Assembly (NCBI RefSeq): GCF_018977255.1
Contig: NW_024704743.1
Coordinates: forward strand, 48,548,001-48,612,000
Direction: 5' to 3'
DNA length: 64,000 bases
Source: Callorhinchus milii
Taxonomy: Eukaryota
The translations under genes were made by a program, and so were the position numbers. Shown here piece after piece: positions 42,201 through 54,287 of this stretch. The notes beneath the pieces are model-generated. The model searched no databases. It was not told the origin of the DNA and saw nothing but the letters and a program-made list of their open reading frames with translations. Each line of letters starts with the position of its first letter. Position 1 is the first letter of the stretch.

Positions 42201-44596
42201 TTTAGAAGATGTTACTACTTTACTGGATTGCTTTTTTTGGGTGGGTGGGTGGGTAGAGGGTGGGAGTTGGTGTTATTGCAAGAGCTTGTGTTGAGAACTC
42301 CATTCAGGAAGCAGCAGGGAAACTTTGCATTGCTACCAGAAACCAAAATGCAATAGGAAATGGAGAGCAACATGAGTCATTTAAAAAAGACTGGCCAACA
42401 AAACCTTAATACTCCACCTTTGCACTTTTCCCCTTACCAGCCCCTACTGGTGGCTGCCATCAATCTATGTGCCTTGGCTTTGGACTTCCATGTGGTCCCA
42501 CTCCATTATCTACAAATTTGCAACTGTTACTGCATCAGTGCCCTGCCTATTGCCATCTATATCCACAGTTGAGTGACACAATGGGATCGGCCATTGGTAC
42601 TTTCTCAATGTCATCAGCCCCCACTTACAAACCCGATATATATTTTAAAAATGGTCACTCAATCCATGACTGTTGGTGGGACACTGCTGTGCACAATTGC
42701 TGCAGAATATATAGTCAATCCACATTGCTATGATAAGGCACTATATCAAATGTAAGGATTATTATTATTAACATTGCATCTGAAGTAACAGGCCATTGTT
42801 TACACAACCAGCTTGATAGAACTGAATTTGCTATCAAGCTGCAGAGGTGAAAACATATTCCCAATTTCCTAAATTTGCTCAGCACCCAAAAGTGTTGCAG
42901 CAGCTGGAAGAATTCTGCCTTAAACTCAGTGTAGCTCCAGTTAACTTCTTTAAAATAATTCTCATTGGTAACTCAGTTAACATTTCACCCCTTGAAGTTA
43001 ACATTTTGATTTTATTGATATGGACTGAAAGGCAAAACCACCTTGTTCTAAACGGCCACCGACACTGCTTCCTTGATTCAGCATGTCTGCTAGATTGCTG
43101 TCAATATTTACTGCTTCTGCTACATTGTACACACCATTGAAATCATACAGCAATTGAGCTGCATATATGATTTCTGGGTTGGGGGGGTGGGGGTTGGAGT
43201 AGAGCAAGAAAGGAGGAAAAATAAATGCTTTGCACATTACTTAATGTTTCTAAAAAAAACTAAATATTTTTTATATTGGCTCATCCACATTAGTGAGTAT
43301 TTGGGTGTAAGAATGTTTTTGTGTTTCATGCGTGTACATTTTTAAAAAAAATCCTTTTTGAAATATTTCTCTAAGTTTAGGAAAATTTAAATAATTAGTT
43401 ATTCCAGAAACTGGCAAAATAAACATTGATGCACTTACATTTCTATAGCTACTTGGGAAAATAAACCATTAGGTTTTAAAATTTAGAACTAAGATACTAT
43501 GTTCTTAATTTCTTTTGTAAAATACGGTGAACACTTTTATACAAATAAGGATGTTTACTGAAGTCAATTAAGTAAAACCTTTATGCAGCATATAGGTAGG
43601 TTTTATTTTAGATTCCACTGCCATTGAGCTGAGTGAATTTGAATTACTAGATGTCCTTTAAAGCAATAAAAGGGAGCCCAGGATTCATTTTGTAACAGGA
43701 AACAATCTCCAGTTAAAGTCTCAATCAAATGTGAAGTACAACATTTTAATTTGTCATCATTTCTAGCCACACTTTGCAAACTCTTGTTCATTTTGGGATA
43801 TCAACTTGTACAAATTGGTCAGTAATACTAAAAATAATCATTGCATTTGATATATCATGTCGTTGAGACATCTCAAAGTGCTTCACAGAACATATTGTAA
43901 AGTGAATTGACTGTATATTTTAAATTCAAAATGCAAATTTGGCAGATGTCGTTTAAAATAGGACTTTCACTGCCCACCAGATTGCAAACTTGTAAAGTAT
44001 TAAAAAAACTATTTAAATATGCATAGCTGGTTGTCAGTGCAGATATCTGCAATTGTGTTGGGTAAAAAGTACAGTCAATTACAATAATTTTATCCCTCTT
44101 TGAAACAGATACAAATATAGGTTGCTCATTAGTGACACACAAAGAAAGTCTCAGCAATATTTATTGCTTTCTGAACTGCAATTTCCATTGTTCCTTGGTG
44201 CAATAGTGTATAAATGGAGTGGTGTCAGTAATTGGAGTTCAAATCCACGCAAGAAGCTTAAGAGAATCCAACTTCAGGTTTTAAATAGTAACCCAGTTCT
44301 GTATTAACATCTGATGGGAATTTGCTATTGAAGGCCAGCTCAATATGCACCAGCATCCAGGTGCAAAATAAATCGAACTGCAATAGTGTAGGAGGGGAAG
44401 ACAGTGCTAGAGTTCAACAATTGATCTGTATAACTACACAAAGATTTTTTCCATAACCTATTGACAAAATCTACACCAATACATGTTACAGAAGATATCA
44501 GCGGCCAGACAGGAGTTTCAGCCTACATGAAAAGATTCTGCATTGGTGACTCACAAACCACACATTTCTTGCTTACCCCCTTCTGCATTAGACAAA

Positions 44597-46838
44597 TTTA
44601 TTTACTAACAGTTTCTAGGCTTTTGCATATTTCATAAAATATCCCAAGTTCTTACAGTCTCTAGAATTAATGAAATTCCTACAAGTTACCAGACCATAGG
44701 TTCATTTCATGCATCATGCATCTGGTTATCAAGGGCATTGATGACTGTAACCCATTGTAAAGCAGTACAGAATAATTGCATAATCATGCACATTTCAGTA
44801 GATTTATTAAACTATTCAAATGAAAAATACAGTAGTGCACAATTTCAATAAACATCCACTTTCTGAAGACAAGATTCTCTGTGGTGAACAAAAACATTTT
44901 AGAGAAACAAAGACAACTTAGGAACAAACTGTGAGTCCTACAGTGAAGTTCCAGCTTACTTTTTCTCTGCCCACAAAATTAGTTTAGATTTAACATAAAC
45001 CAGTGGCACTCAGACCAGAAGATTCAAGCATCAAGTCAAATAACAAAATGTGGCTGTCAAATTACCCCTTGGTTTTAGACATTCACAGTATCAGAGGCAA
45101 ATAACTGTTTAAATACCCAAACTTCAATTAAAATTTAGAAGCATAGAAGGCTCTACTGATGTGAGTTGGCAACATTTTATATACATTATTTACTAAAGTG
45201 AAAAAATACTTTTGAGTTTAGACTCCTTAGTAACAAGAAGAATTTAATTTCTGTTTGGCACCATGCACAGTTAATCTAGTCCACCAATACTTTCCTTATG
45301 GACCCTTTGGTCACTTGAATACTACATATCATAGCAATGTATCCCAGTTATTATACATTCACCTTGAACATGCCAATTCTCTTGATAAGATCAGGGTGGG
45401 AAACTTGATAATATCAGAGTTGGAAAGAAATTCAAAGCAAATTGTCCTCAGGATATATAGCTAAATAACTTGGCCAGGGGAGCTTATACTTGATGAAAAG
45501 CACAAAACCTAAAGCAGCAGAAGTAACCCATTTTAAAAATAGAACCAGTACACTTTGAATATTTATATATCTTTATAATATAGTCAGTGTGTTAAGGATG
45601 CACACTGATCCATTTTATATTCAAAATGGCCAGTTTTAGATACTGGTGGAACACATAAGCAACATGAAAGTGACTCAACAATGATTCCAGCAAAGAGTAA
45701 ACAGTAGTGGTTATAAGCATATTGAAGTTACCCTAATCCATTTCCCAAACACAATAAATCAAAGTTATTAGAGTACTAAAAATTACCATATCTTAGCCCT
45801 GAAAAGTCTCGTTTAGTAAGAGGAGAATCAAAATGTCTCTTCTTCACGGAGTGTGCACAGTAACAGACATTAGATCACTAAACCAAGTGGAACAATTCTC
45901 CAGATTTATGTAGAATACTCAGGTGAATTTTATCATTTTTGAAGTTTCAATTTGTGAAGAATGCAGCAAATTGAAATTGTGGCCAATATTTGACAATTAA
46001 AATTCATAGATATAAACCTGGATGCAATACAAATATTTCAGCTCAGATTGATGAAGAACATTACAATGATACTCAATGTGAGCTTTTACTAGAGTTACTG
46101 CAAAGTTTCAGACCATATTTAAGGTTATTTTCTTTCTTTCCTCCCTATTCCGCCAAGGTCATAGGATGAAGTCTGAAGTTTTGTAATAAATGCATTACTA
46201 AAATTTCAAATAAGAAGATTTAAAAAATCGCCAGGATTATTTAATGAATGCATACCTTCAACATTTTCCTTTCATTTGTAACACCAGACCTTAATGACCT
46301 ACAGTAAACCATTGGAAAAATTGCTCAGACCTGAATCCATGTAAACAGTCTATAGATAACAGGCCTGTATTTCAGATAACCGGATCATAGCTTCAGAAGC
46401 AAAGCAAAAAGAGTAATTGGGCATATTTTAATACTTCAAGTGTTTTTTTTTAAAAATCAGCTTCTCTGGAGGGTTTATAATAATCTTGTGTTGCAAAATG
46501 ATGCCTATATGAATTCTCTCTCAAATACTGCCATTTAAAATTTAAAATTTTAAAATAGCAGCACGTTTTAAACAACAAGTTGTTCGTAATTGGTTTTCTA
46601 TATAGCTACAAATGTAGGTTCTTCTTCCTGTGTACAAAAACAGTGCAGCACCCATGGAGCAGGTAAACAATCCACCTCTGGATGAAGTTCACAAAGTTGT
46701 ACGATTCTTCTGAAAAAAATTGTGACGAGGTTCATTCAGCTACCTGTTTCTGGCAAGAACAGCCTGGGCTATACATTGTGAATACTTTGTCTGCTGAAGA
46801 AAGCCAGCCACAACACAGGCTCTCACACCGTTCATCTT
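44597..46838 (-). other. SNX10: Probable SNX10 3' UTR; candidate AATAAA signals at 44803-44808 and 44597-44602
   Basis: AT-rich and nearly repeat-free downstream of the stop codon; plus-strand TTTATT hexamers; the end point is inferred. Confidence 0.45.
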
Positions 46839-46890
46839 TTACAACTTCACATTGTCACTCCTGCCATTTCCAAGCCCCGAGGATGAAGTG
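46839..46890 (-). CDS. SNX10: Sorting nexin 10, last coding exon
   Basis: Acceptor ttttattttcatcag; phase-2 join gives (S)TSSSGLGNGRSDNVKL*, matching human SNX10 SESSSSGLG. Confidence 0.85.
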
Positions 46891-47269
46891 CTGATGAAAA
46901 TAAAATAATAAAGAGGAAATTGGTTTCCACAACACAGTTAAAGCCTGAGTAACAGAGGAGAACCTTAATTATCTCCAGTCACAGAAAGACAGGAAATTTG
47001 GTCTTTTAATTAGGTGTTTGGAGTGAGTCCGATATTTTTTGCTAGATAGTTTAAAGGAAATAATCCGAATCCAACAAAATGAAATTCAGATAATCAGAAA
47101 GTAGATAATTGAATTTCCACTGCAATCATTAATTCAGTGTGTAGGTGTAAGGAGCATTCTATGATGAGCTGTCACAGCTCAATAAAATTTCAGTCAATTA
47201 ACATTGCTTTTTTGTATTATTATGTCTACATTAGATTAAAAACAGAAAGTGATGCATCAAAAGAAATAC

Positions 47270-47479
47270 CTTTCAGAATCTGAATCTAAATAGATTTCGA
47301 CTTGCTCTGCTTTCTCAACAGGGAACCGTCTGTTGGAAGTAGCGTGCTTGTGAATTGCTTCAGCAACTGAGTAGTCGGTCAGACCTGAAACACAAGCCTC
47401 GATCTCTGGAGGACTTAACTGTGTCTGCAGGAAGAGGTGCAATCGGCTATCTGAAAGGAGGATGTTGATCTGCAGTACT
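47270..47479 (-). CDS. SNX10: Sorting nexin 10, penultimate coding exon (end of PX/PXe domain)
   Basis: 210 nt bounded by tctgttacag and gtattt; encodes VLQINILLSDSRLHLFLQTQLSPPEIEACVSGLTDYSVAEAIHKHATSNRRFP...DSDSE. NRRFP and DSE distinguish it from SNX11, as recalled from the human proteins. Confidence 0.92.
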
Positions 47480-48819
47480 CTGTAACAGAGACAAAAGTCA
47501 TTAGCTAATAAATAGCCTACCGTATCCCAAAAGCAGTTAAGTGACCAAGCCTTTAGCCACTCTTCCCCGCCTTTGAAATACTCTTCCAAGAAGTCTTCAA
47601 CTCATTTCCTCTCTCACCACCTTAAAAACGCTCTTAAAAACAGATCTTCCTGAATGTGCTTTTGATCATCATCCTTAACACTCCCTTTCTTCTCTCCGTT
47701 AGGTGTTCTCGTCATATTTATTAAACGCTGCATGACATTCAGTCCACATAAAAAACAGGGTAAAAGCACAAGATATTAAAATTCTCAGTAAAATACTGAA
47801 TAAGTAGGCTTAAAATCCTTTAGTTTCCAAACCCAGCCTCAGTTTTTAAAACAGAAGTAATGTTGCTTATGAAAAACTTTTGTTTAAAGTTTTAGTATTA
47901 CATATATTTATAAATATATAAATTGTATTAGAAAAACAATTTTTTGGCAGCATTCAAAAAATTAAATACCAAACTTAATTTAGAAAAGCTGGCAATGCTG
48001 CTTAGGAAAATAAACGAAAAGGAACAAAACAAGTAAACAATAAGGTCAAAGTGATTATCCTATTGTAAAGCAGCAAAGGTCTGGGAACAGATTACTGCTT
48101 CTCTTTTGGCCACAGATGGTGTACAGACAGGGAAAATAACAAAACTAATTTTTCTAAAGCTTGAATGAAAAGCAAAACTATACTTCAATGTTTGCGCTAC
48201 TATCACAATACAAAATCAATTATTTTGCTTTGGCAATTTAAAGTCAAGATTGGATAGACAATTAGAAAGCAATCTTCCTTTCAAAACACAAGATGGTGAA
48301 TTCACTAGAATATCAAACTTCAGATTAGTGCCAGAGAATGCAACTTTTTACTTTCATTGTTCAGGATCAGTATCAAGTTTCCCCTAACAGTTCATTTTAA
48401 AAAAAGTAGCTCCACATTACATAATTATATAAATACATGTCCGATAAGAGCTGCCATAATTTGGGCTTGGTTCACAGGACTGAGGACATGGCTACACCTC
48501 TAATTCCTACTGATAAATCAGACAGGCAGCAATGTCTTGGATTGCTGCAAGAGCATCAACCACTGGTATTTTTGTTCATAAAATGGTTTCCACAACTGAA
48601 TATAGACACTAAAGAGAAAAACATATTGCTTTCTATGAATGTTGCCTGTTTTTTTAGAAATTCCTTGCTGGGGTTGAAGTCCGAAGGAAAGCAATTACAG
48701 CATTAATAGAAAATTAAAAACCATGACACAAGATGACTTTTGAACTTCAATTTAAGGTCAGCATTTCAGGAAGGGATTTGAAGAAAGCAATGCACAATGG
48801 TAATTCTCAGCTGTCAAAT

Positions 48820-48837
48820 GGCGCCACTTAGAGGCCA
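48820..48837 (-). promoter_or_regulatory. Candidate CTCF site
   Basis: Minus strand TGGCCTCTAAGTGGCGCC, close to the core consensus. Confidence 0.35.
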
Positions 48838-51800
48838 AATGCCTTCAAAACGTGTTGCAGACACAGGCTGGCCAATGGTGTAGGAGTTTCACCAAAGAAA
48901 ATGATATTGGATTCACTATTACCCTCCCAAAATATATGTGATTAAAGTATAATCCAAATGAAAAATTTAATTTCTGCTTTCTTAAACAAATGATAAAACC
49001 ATATCAGGTTGTACATGGCATTTCCTGATTCCCCTGCATTTATGTAATGCATTTTTAGATAAAGTAGTTTGGGATACACTGGTTGGTTCTAGCAGTTGTT
49101 TTTAGATTATAAAAAATACACTTTAAAAATCAACAACCAAAATGTGCATTTATACAGCAAAAGTTTTTGACATGAAATTGGACTGGTACGGTGTGGTTAG
49201 AATACTAGAATCGGTCACAATAATAATAATCCTTGCATTTGCTATCACTTTATGTCAAAACGTCTCCAAGCGCTTCACAGGATATCCTATAAAGAGGTGT
49301 GACTGTGTTTATTTTGTGGGTGAATATGCATCATAAAGAATGAGCATGGAGATTATATTAGCTAAGATGTAAAGGATTCCCCCTATCCCAGCCCAACTTT
49401 ACCCATTTAAAATATTGAATACTCCATAATATAGAGATAGTGCTATAGTTATAGAGCTACCAAAACAAACATTGGTAGCTCAGCCAAGTTTACAAATGAA
49501 AACATGTTCGAGAGCTGATGAGCTGTGGGTTTGGTTTAGACATTTTTACCTCTTTAAGTGAATATTCACGTTAGTTGTTACTTTACAACAAATCAGAACA
49601 AGGCTGTTGCCTCATAGGGACACGGGAGGTCATTCTGTACACTGAGCCAGTTTACCAGGTCACTTAAATAATGATAGTCGCACAGGAGCTGCTCCTAAAA
49701 TAGGTGACTGGACTCACTAGTTTTTCATGATTCTAACTGATATTATTCGACCTTTGGAGCCTGCAAATTATTAAATCCTTGCAGATCTTGCTCTTTCTCC
49801 ATGCCCTTTGACACCTCTTGCCTCATTCAAGGTCCGTCTCAAGACGTACCTCTTTGACCGTGCTTTCCATCATTCCCTTTTCCATTACCCTCAGTTCCCA
49901 AGTCCAACTTGAGTGCCCAGCCAGTACTGTTAAGTACTTTGAGACATCTTCCCGATGTGAAAGATACTATATAAATGTAAATTTGTATTATATGGTACTG
50001 CAGACACTTTGGATTCCCAGGGGCCAGAGTGACTTGTTTTTTTTACGGCCTTTTGAGACCAAATGCGTCAAATGATATCCCACAAATGAACAGACATTTT
50101 GACATCAAATTGCTCAAGTATAATATGACGATGTCAACATATGCAAACCACTGTTGCAGATATTTTGGTTTCTCTGCTATGTAAATAATGAGCCCAGGAG
50201 CTGCTCCTGAATCAGTGACTCACTGCTTCTTTCACAATTCCCGCTAATATTTTTTGGGGTCGGCCAGGTGTCTGACCCATTCAAAAACTCATCATCATGC
50301 TTACGAGTACTTAAACCTAATATTTGACAAGCAGAAGTGGCAAAACTTCATTTCGTCCACAAATACACAATCAATCCATTTTACAATATATTCTGTGAAT
50401 CGTTTTGAGATACCTCAAGGCCGTGATAAGGCACTATAATCAAACGTAATTATTATTATTGCGCAAATGTCATGAAGTGACAGATACGGAATGAAGTTAA
50501 GATGTCTGTGCAGGGTTGGAACATTACCAGGTAACTGGAGATCAGACCGTGAGTCAGATTTTGCTGGATCTGGAGCCAGGCTAGTCACGAGAAGGACTAG
50601 CACGAGATAGAACTATCACTTTCCTGCTATGTTCATGATGCAGCATTGTCCGCCATCAATGGCGTTCCTGCTTTCTAAATAAGTGTAGCTGCTACCATCA
50701 GGGCTTCAGTTCACCATCAGGGGCAGCAGCACCAGATACAAGGCAAATGGAACTTCACTCCAGCAGCACTGGCTGCAGGGCCCAGCAACGCATAACTAAA
50801 AATCTACAGACATCCCTGCATAAGAGATGCAGCTAGAAAATAGCGATGCATGACACATGCCTCACATGGTTGTTCTGAATTCTTTTCTTTCACAGCACCA
50901 CTCTGGCCCTGCAGAGGCACTCATTTTTAGGTCAACTTGGCGCTTCCTTGATATGCACAGTGACATGATAAAACTCCCTCCTTATGGATTATGGGGCGGG
51001 GTGGGAAGGGGATAGATTCTACAACCTTAGTCACTACACTTGATAGCAATTGAACATTACAGGCACTATATTAAATTAAAGGATTATTTGATTTGTATGG
51101 GTCAGCACTGGTGTCCCTTGGTAAATAAGTGTGTTGCTACATAACCCCTATCCTATATATTTTGGATGGCGAGGCGGCAGGGAAGAAAGAATGAAGAATG
51201 AAGCATTTAATCCAAGCATGAAATTCCTCGGATTGGTTTCAGGTCACAATTAAGTCTGGTGTAGGCCACACTGGTGTTGGATCTGCTACAGACCGCAGAA
51301 ACATCATCAGATAGCATTAGATATATGTCCATTACCGGGTTGCCCTTCAGAGTTGGCAGAGCTACAAAGGGATTATGCCATTGTATCTGGTGGTACCGGT
51401 TCCTGTTATTTATGACCACATTTTTGCACCACCACCCATTTCAAGACAATCACCTGTCTATACAAACCTTCCCCAGAGATCAGGGAAAGCCCAGTCAGAA
51501 TACAAAAGATGACATGAGTGTGCAACCCCACATTCTAAGCGGAGCAAATTGCATCAGATAGTGTGGCTGTGCAATAATACACACATCATTGAAATGGTTC
51601 CAAATCAATAAGAAACATAAAATTGTTAAAGGAGTCTAATTTACGATATTCACAAAATTGATCTGGTGAGCTAATTGTGATTTAAGAAAGCCATCCAAGT
51701 GTGAAACAAAAAGCCCAGAGCAAAACAGACTCAGAGTTTTTTGTTTCACACTCTGCTGGCTTTCTTAAGTGACATTTTAAGATATTATATTGTTTGTATG

Positions 51801-52161
51801 ATATTACCCAATCTTTATAGTTGGAGAATAATACAATGTATTATCATGAATAGCTGTCAGCCTATTCTTGTACATCATGAATAGGTGTCAGCCTGGTGCA
51901 GTTGGTTGCACTCTTAGATGGACTATAGCATATTCGAAAAGAGAAGGGAGTTTCTCCCAGTGTCTTGGTCAACAATCCCACAGATAAAATTGGTCAGTCA
52001 CTTCTAGGCTGTTTTGGGGTCATTTCTGTGGCACATATTAGCTGTTGCACAGTGATTACACTCAGCAGTAAATAACTTGAAGCGCTTTGAGACATTTTGA
52101 AATTTTAAGCATTGATTCAAACACAAGATTTTTTAAAGTATAGTTAATGACCCATCTACTC

Positions 52162-52196
52162 CTGCAGTACAAATCAGTAACCACAAGATGGCAGTG
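52162..52196 (+). promoter_or_regulatory. Candidate CTCF site with upstream motif
   Basis: CTGCAG, then 13 nt, then CCACAAGATGGCAGTG: core plus the TGCAG upstream module. Confidence 0.5.
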
Positions 52197-52793
52197 GTCA
52201 TTACCTTAAATCAGTTTTAAGAGGGAGTTTCCAGAAAGACAAGAGACGAAGATATTCATTCAGTAAACAAAATCGAGCAGGAAGTTTTGCAAAAAAATTT
52301 AGAAAAGTTAAGGTGTAAAAAAAAATTCATAATGTTATTTGCACAATGTAAGAGTATGGAATTCCTGAAATCTTATAAAAGAAAACATCTAATTGGGCAA
52401 CAAATTCGGGGTAAATCAGAGGAGAGAAAAAAAGATTTATTTCCATTGTTGTTTCCCACCCCACCCACATTATTTTTTTTCAATCCCATTTCCATGTACA
52501 GTTTGTGTGAAATAGGGAGGTTTGTTTCTTTCCTGAAGCCGTGTTTAAGTAGGTCAAGATTTCCAATTGTTTACAGACAAGGAACACTCACTAGATTTAT
52601 TTATCTAATTGATGTGCAGATAGTCAGCCCCACCCATGTGCATATTTTGGAAAAATAGCTTTGTGATTTCATTTTGCCACTTGGGAACCCTACCCATCAG
52701 ACCAGTGTAACATTAACAATTTGGGTGCCAGCAGTCTGTATGGAATAAAAAATAATCCTTGCATTTGATATATACCTATAAAGCCTCAATATC

Positions 52794-54207
52794 AAAACAA
52801 CAACAACCAAATTACATTTGTAAAATTACATTTCATGTTGGGAGTTATGGACCCGAGCTGAGGGTTTATGGTGGGGGATGGGGGAGGGCGGGGGGAAAGC
52901 AGGGAGATCGAAAGCACGGTTGAAGAGGAGGGTCTTGAGGTGGGCCTTGAAGGTGGTGAGGCAGGGGGTGAGAGGGAGGGACTGCAGGATGGAGTTCCAG
53001 AGGGTGGTGCAGAGTGGCGGAAGGCCCGCCCGCCGATAGTGGGGCGAGCAAGGCGGGGGATGTGAAGCAGGCTGGAGCCCGCTGAGCGAAAAGAGCGAAC
53101 AGCATGGTAGGGGGTTAGGAGGTCAGAGAGGTAGAGGGAGCAAGACCGTGGAGGGCTTTGAAGGTGAGGACTAGGATCTTGAACTGTATCCTCTGTGTGA
53201 TGGGAAGCCAGTGGAGTTTGGCAAGGATGGGGGTGATAGGGTCGTGGGAAAGGACATGGGCTGCAGAGTTCTGGATGATCTACAGTCTGTGGAGGGAGGA
53301 GTTGGGGCGGCCGACAAGCAGTGAGTTTGCATAGTCGAGCCTCAATGTAATGAAAGCATGTATGAGGGTTTCGGTGGCCTGCGTTGTGAGACAGTGGCAG
53401 AGCCGGGCGATGTAGCAGAGGTGGGGGAAGGCAGAGCGGATAATGGCGCAGCTGGGGGGTAGAAAGGATAGTTGAGAGTCAAACAAGACCCCAAGGTTCT
53501 GGATTGGCTTAGTAAGGTGGAGTGTGCAACCATGGATGGTGATGCTGTCAGCACCTGAGGTGTGGAGGTGCTGATGGGAGCCAATCAGGAGAGCCTCGGT
53601 CTTGTTGACGTTCAACTGAAGAACGTTATCTCTCATCCAGGACTTGATGTCTGACAGACATTCTGTCAGCACAGCAGTGGTCCTGGAGTCAAGGGCGGAG
53701 GCAGAGAGGTAGAGTTAGGTGTCATCTGCATACATGTGGAAGTTGACCCCATGTCTGCGGATGAGTCACAAAGAGGGAGCATATAGATATTGAAGAGGGG
53801 GTTACCAAGGACAGAGCTCTGAGGAACGCTGCACAAAACCATCCGGGGGCTAGAATAGAAGCCGTTTGAGGAGATGAAGTGCAGGCGGTGTGAGAGGTAC
53901 GATCTGAACCAAGGGGAGGAAGGGGAGGTTGGAGATGGGGTGGTAGTTGGGGAGTAAAGAAAGGTCCAGGGAGGATTTTTTAAGGATAGACTGATGACAG
54001 CGGTTTTTAAAGGGATGAGAACAGTACCAGAGGACAGGGAGAGGTTATCGATGTCAGTGAGCAGAGGGGCAAGGAGGTGGAGCTGGGAGGTAAGGTTGGG
54101 GAGTAGGGGTCGAGGAAGCAGGTGGTGGATTTCATGCAGGTTATGGTGGTGATGAGAGAGGAGGGGGAGAAGGGTTCAAAGGTATGGAGGGAGGGGTGGG
54201 TATAAAA
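52794..54207 (-). mobile_element. L2-type LINE, 3' part of ORF2 (RT), disrupted
   Basis: FHMYADDT at about 53720-53742, LQLNVNKTEALLIG, LDYANSLL and a (TTG)n tail; internal deletion near 53915. Confidence 0.92.
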
Positions 54208-54287
54208 CATATTTAAAACGCTTCATGGTGTGCAATGAAAAAAACTTTTATAAAAGCTAACTGTTGCAGTCAACAATAGTTTGCATT

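Noticed and set aside
1..44500. SKAP2 3' exons expected from synteny
   Set aside because: I looked for the SH3-coding exons (YQGLWDC, GWWVGE) on the plus strand and did not find them; a by-eye search could miss short exons.
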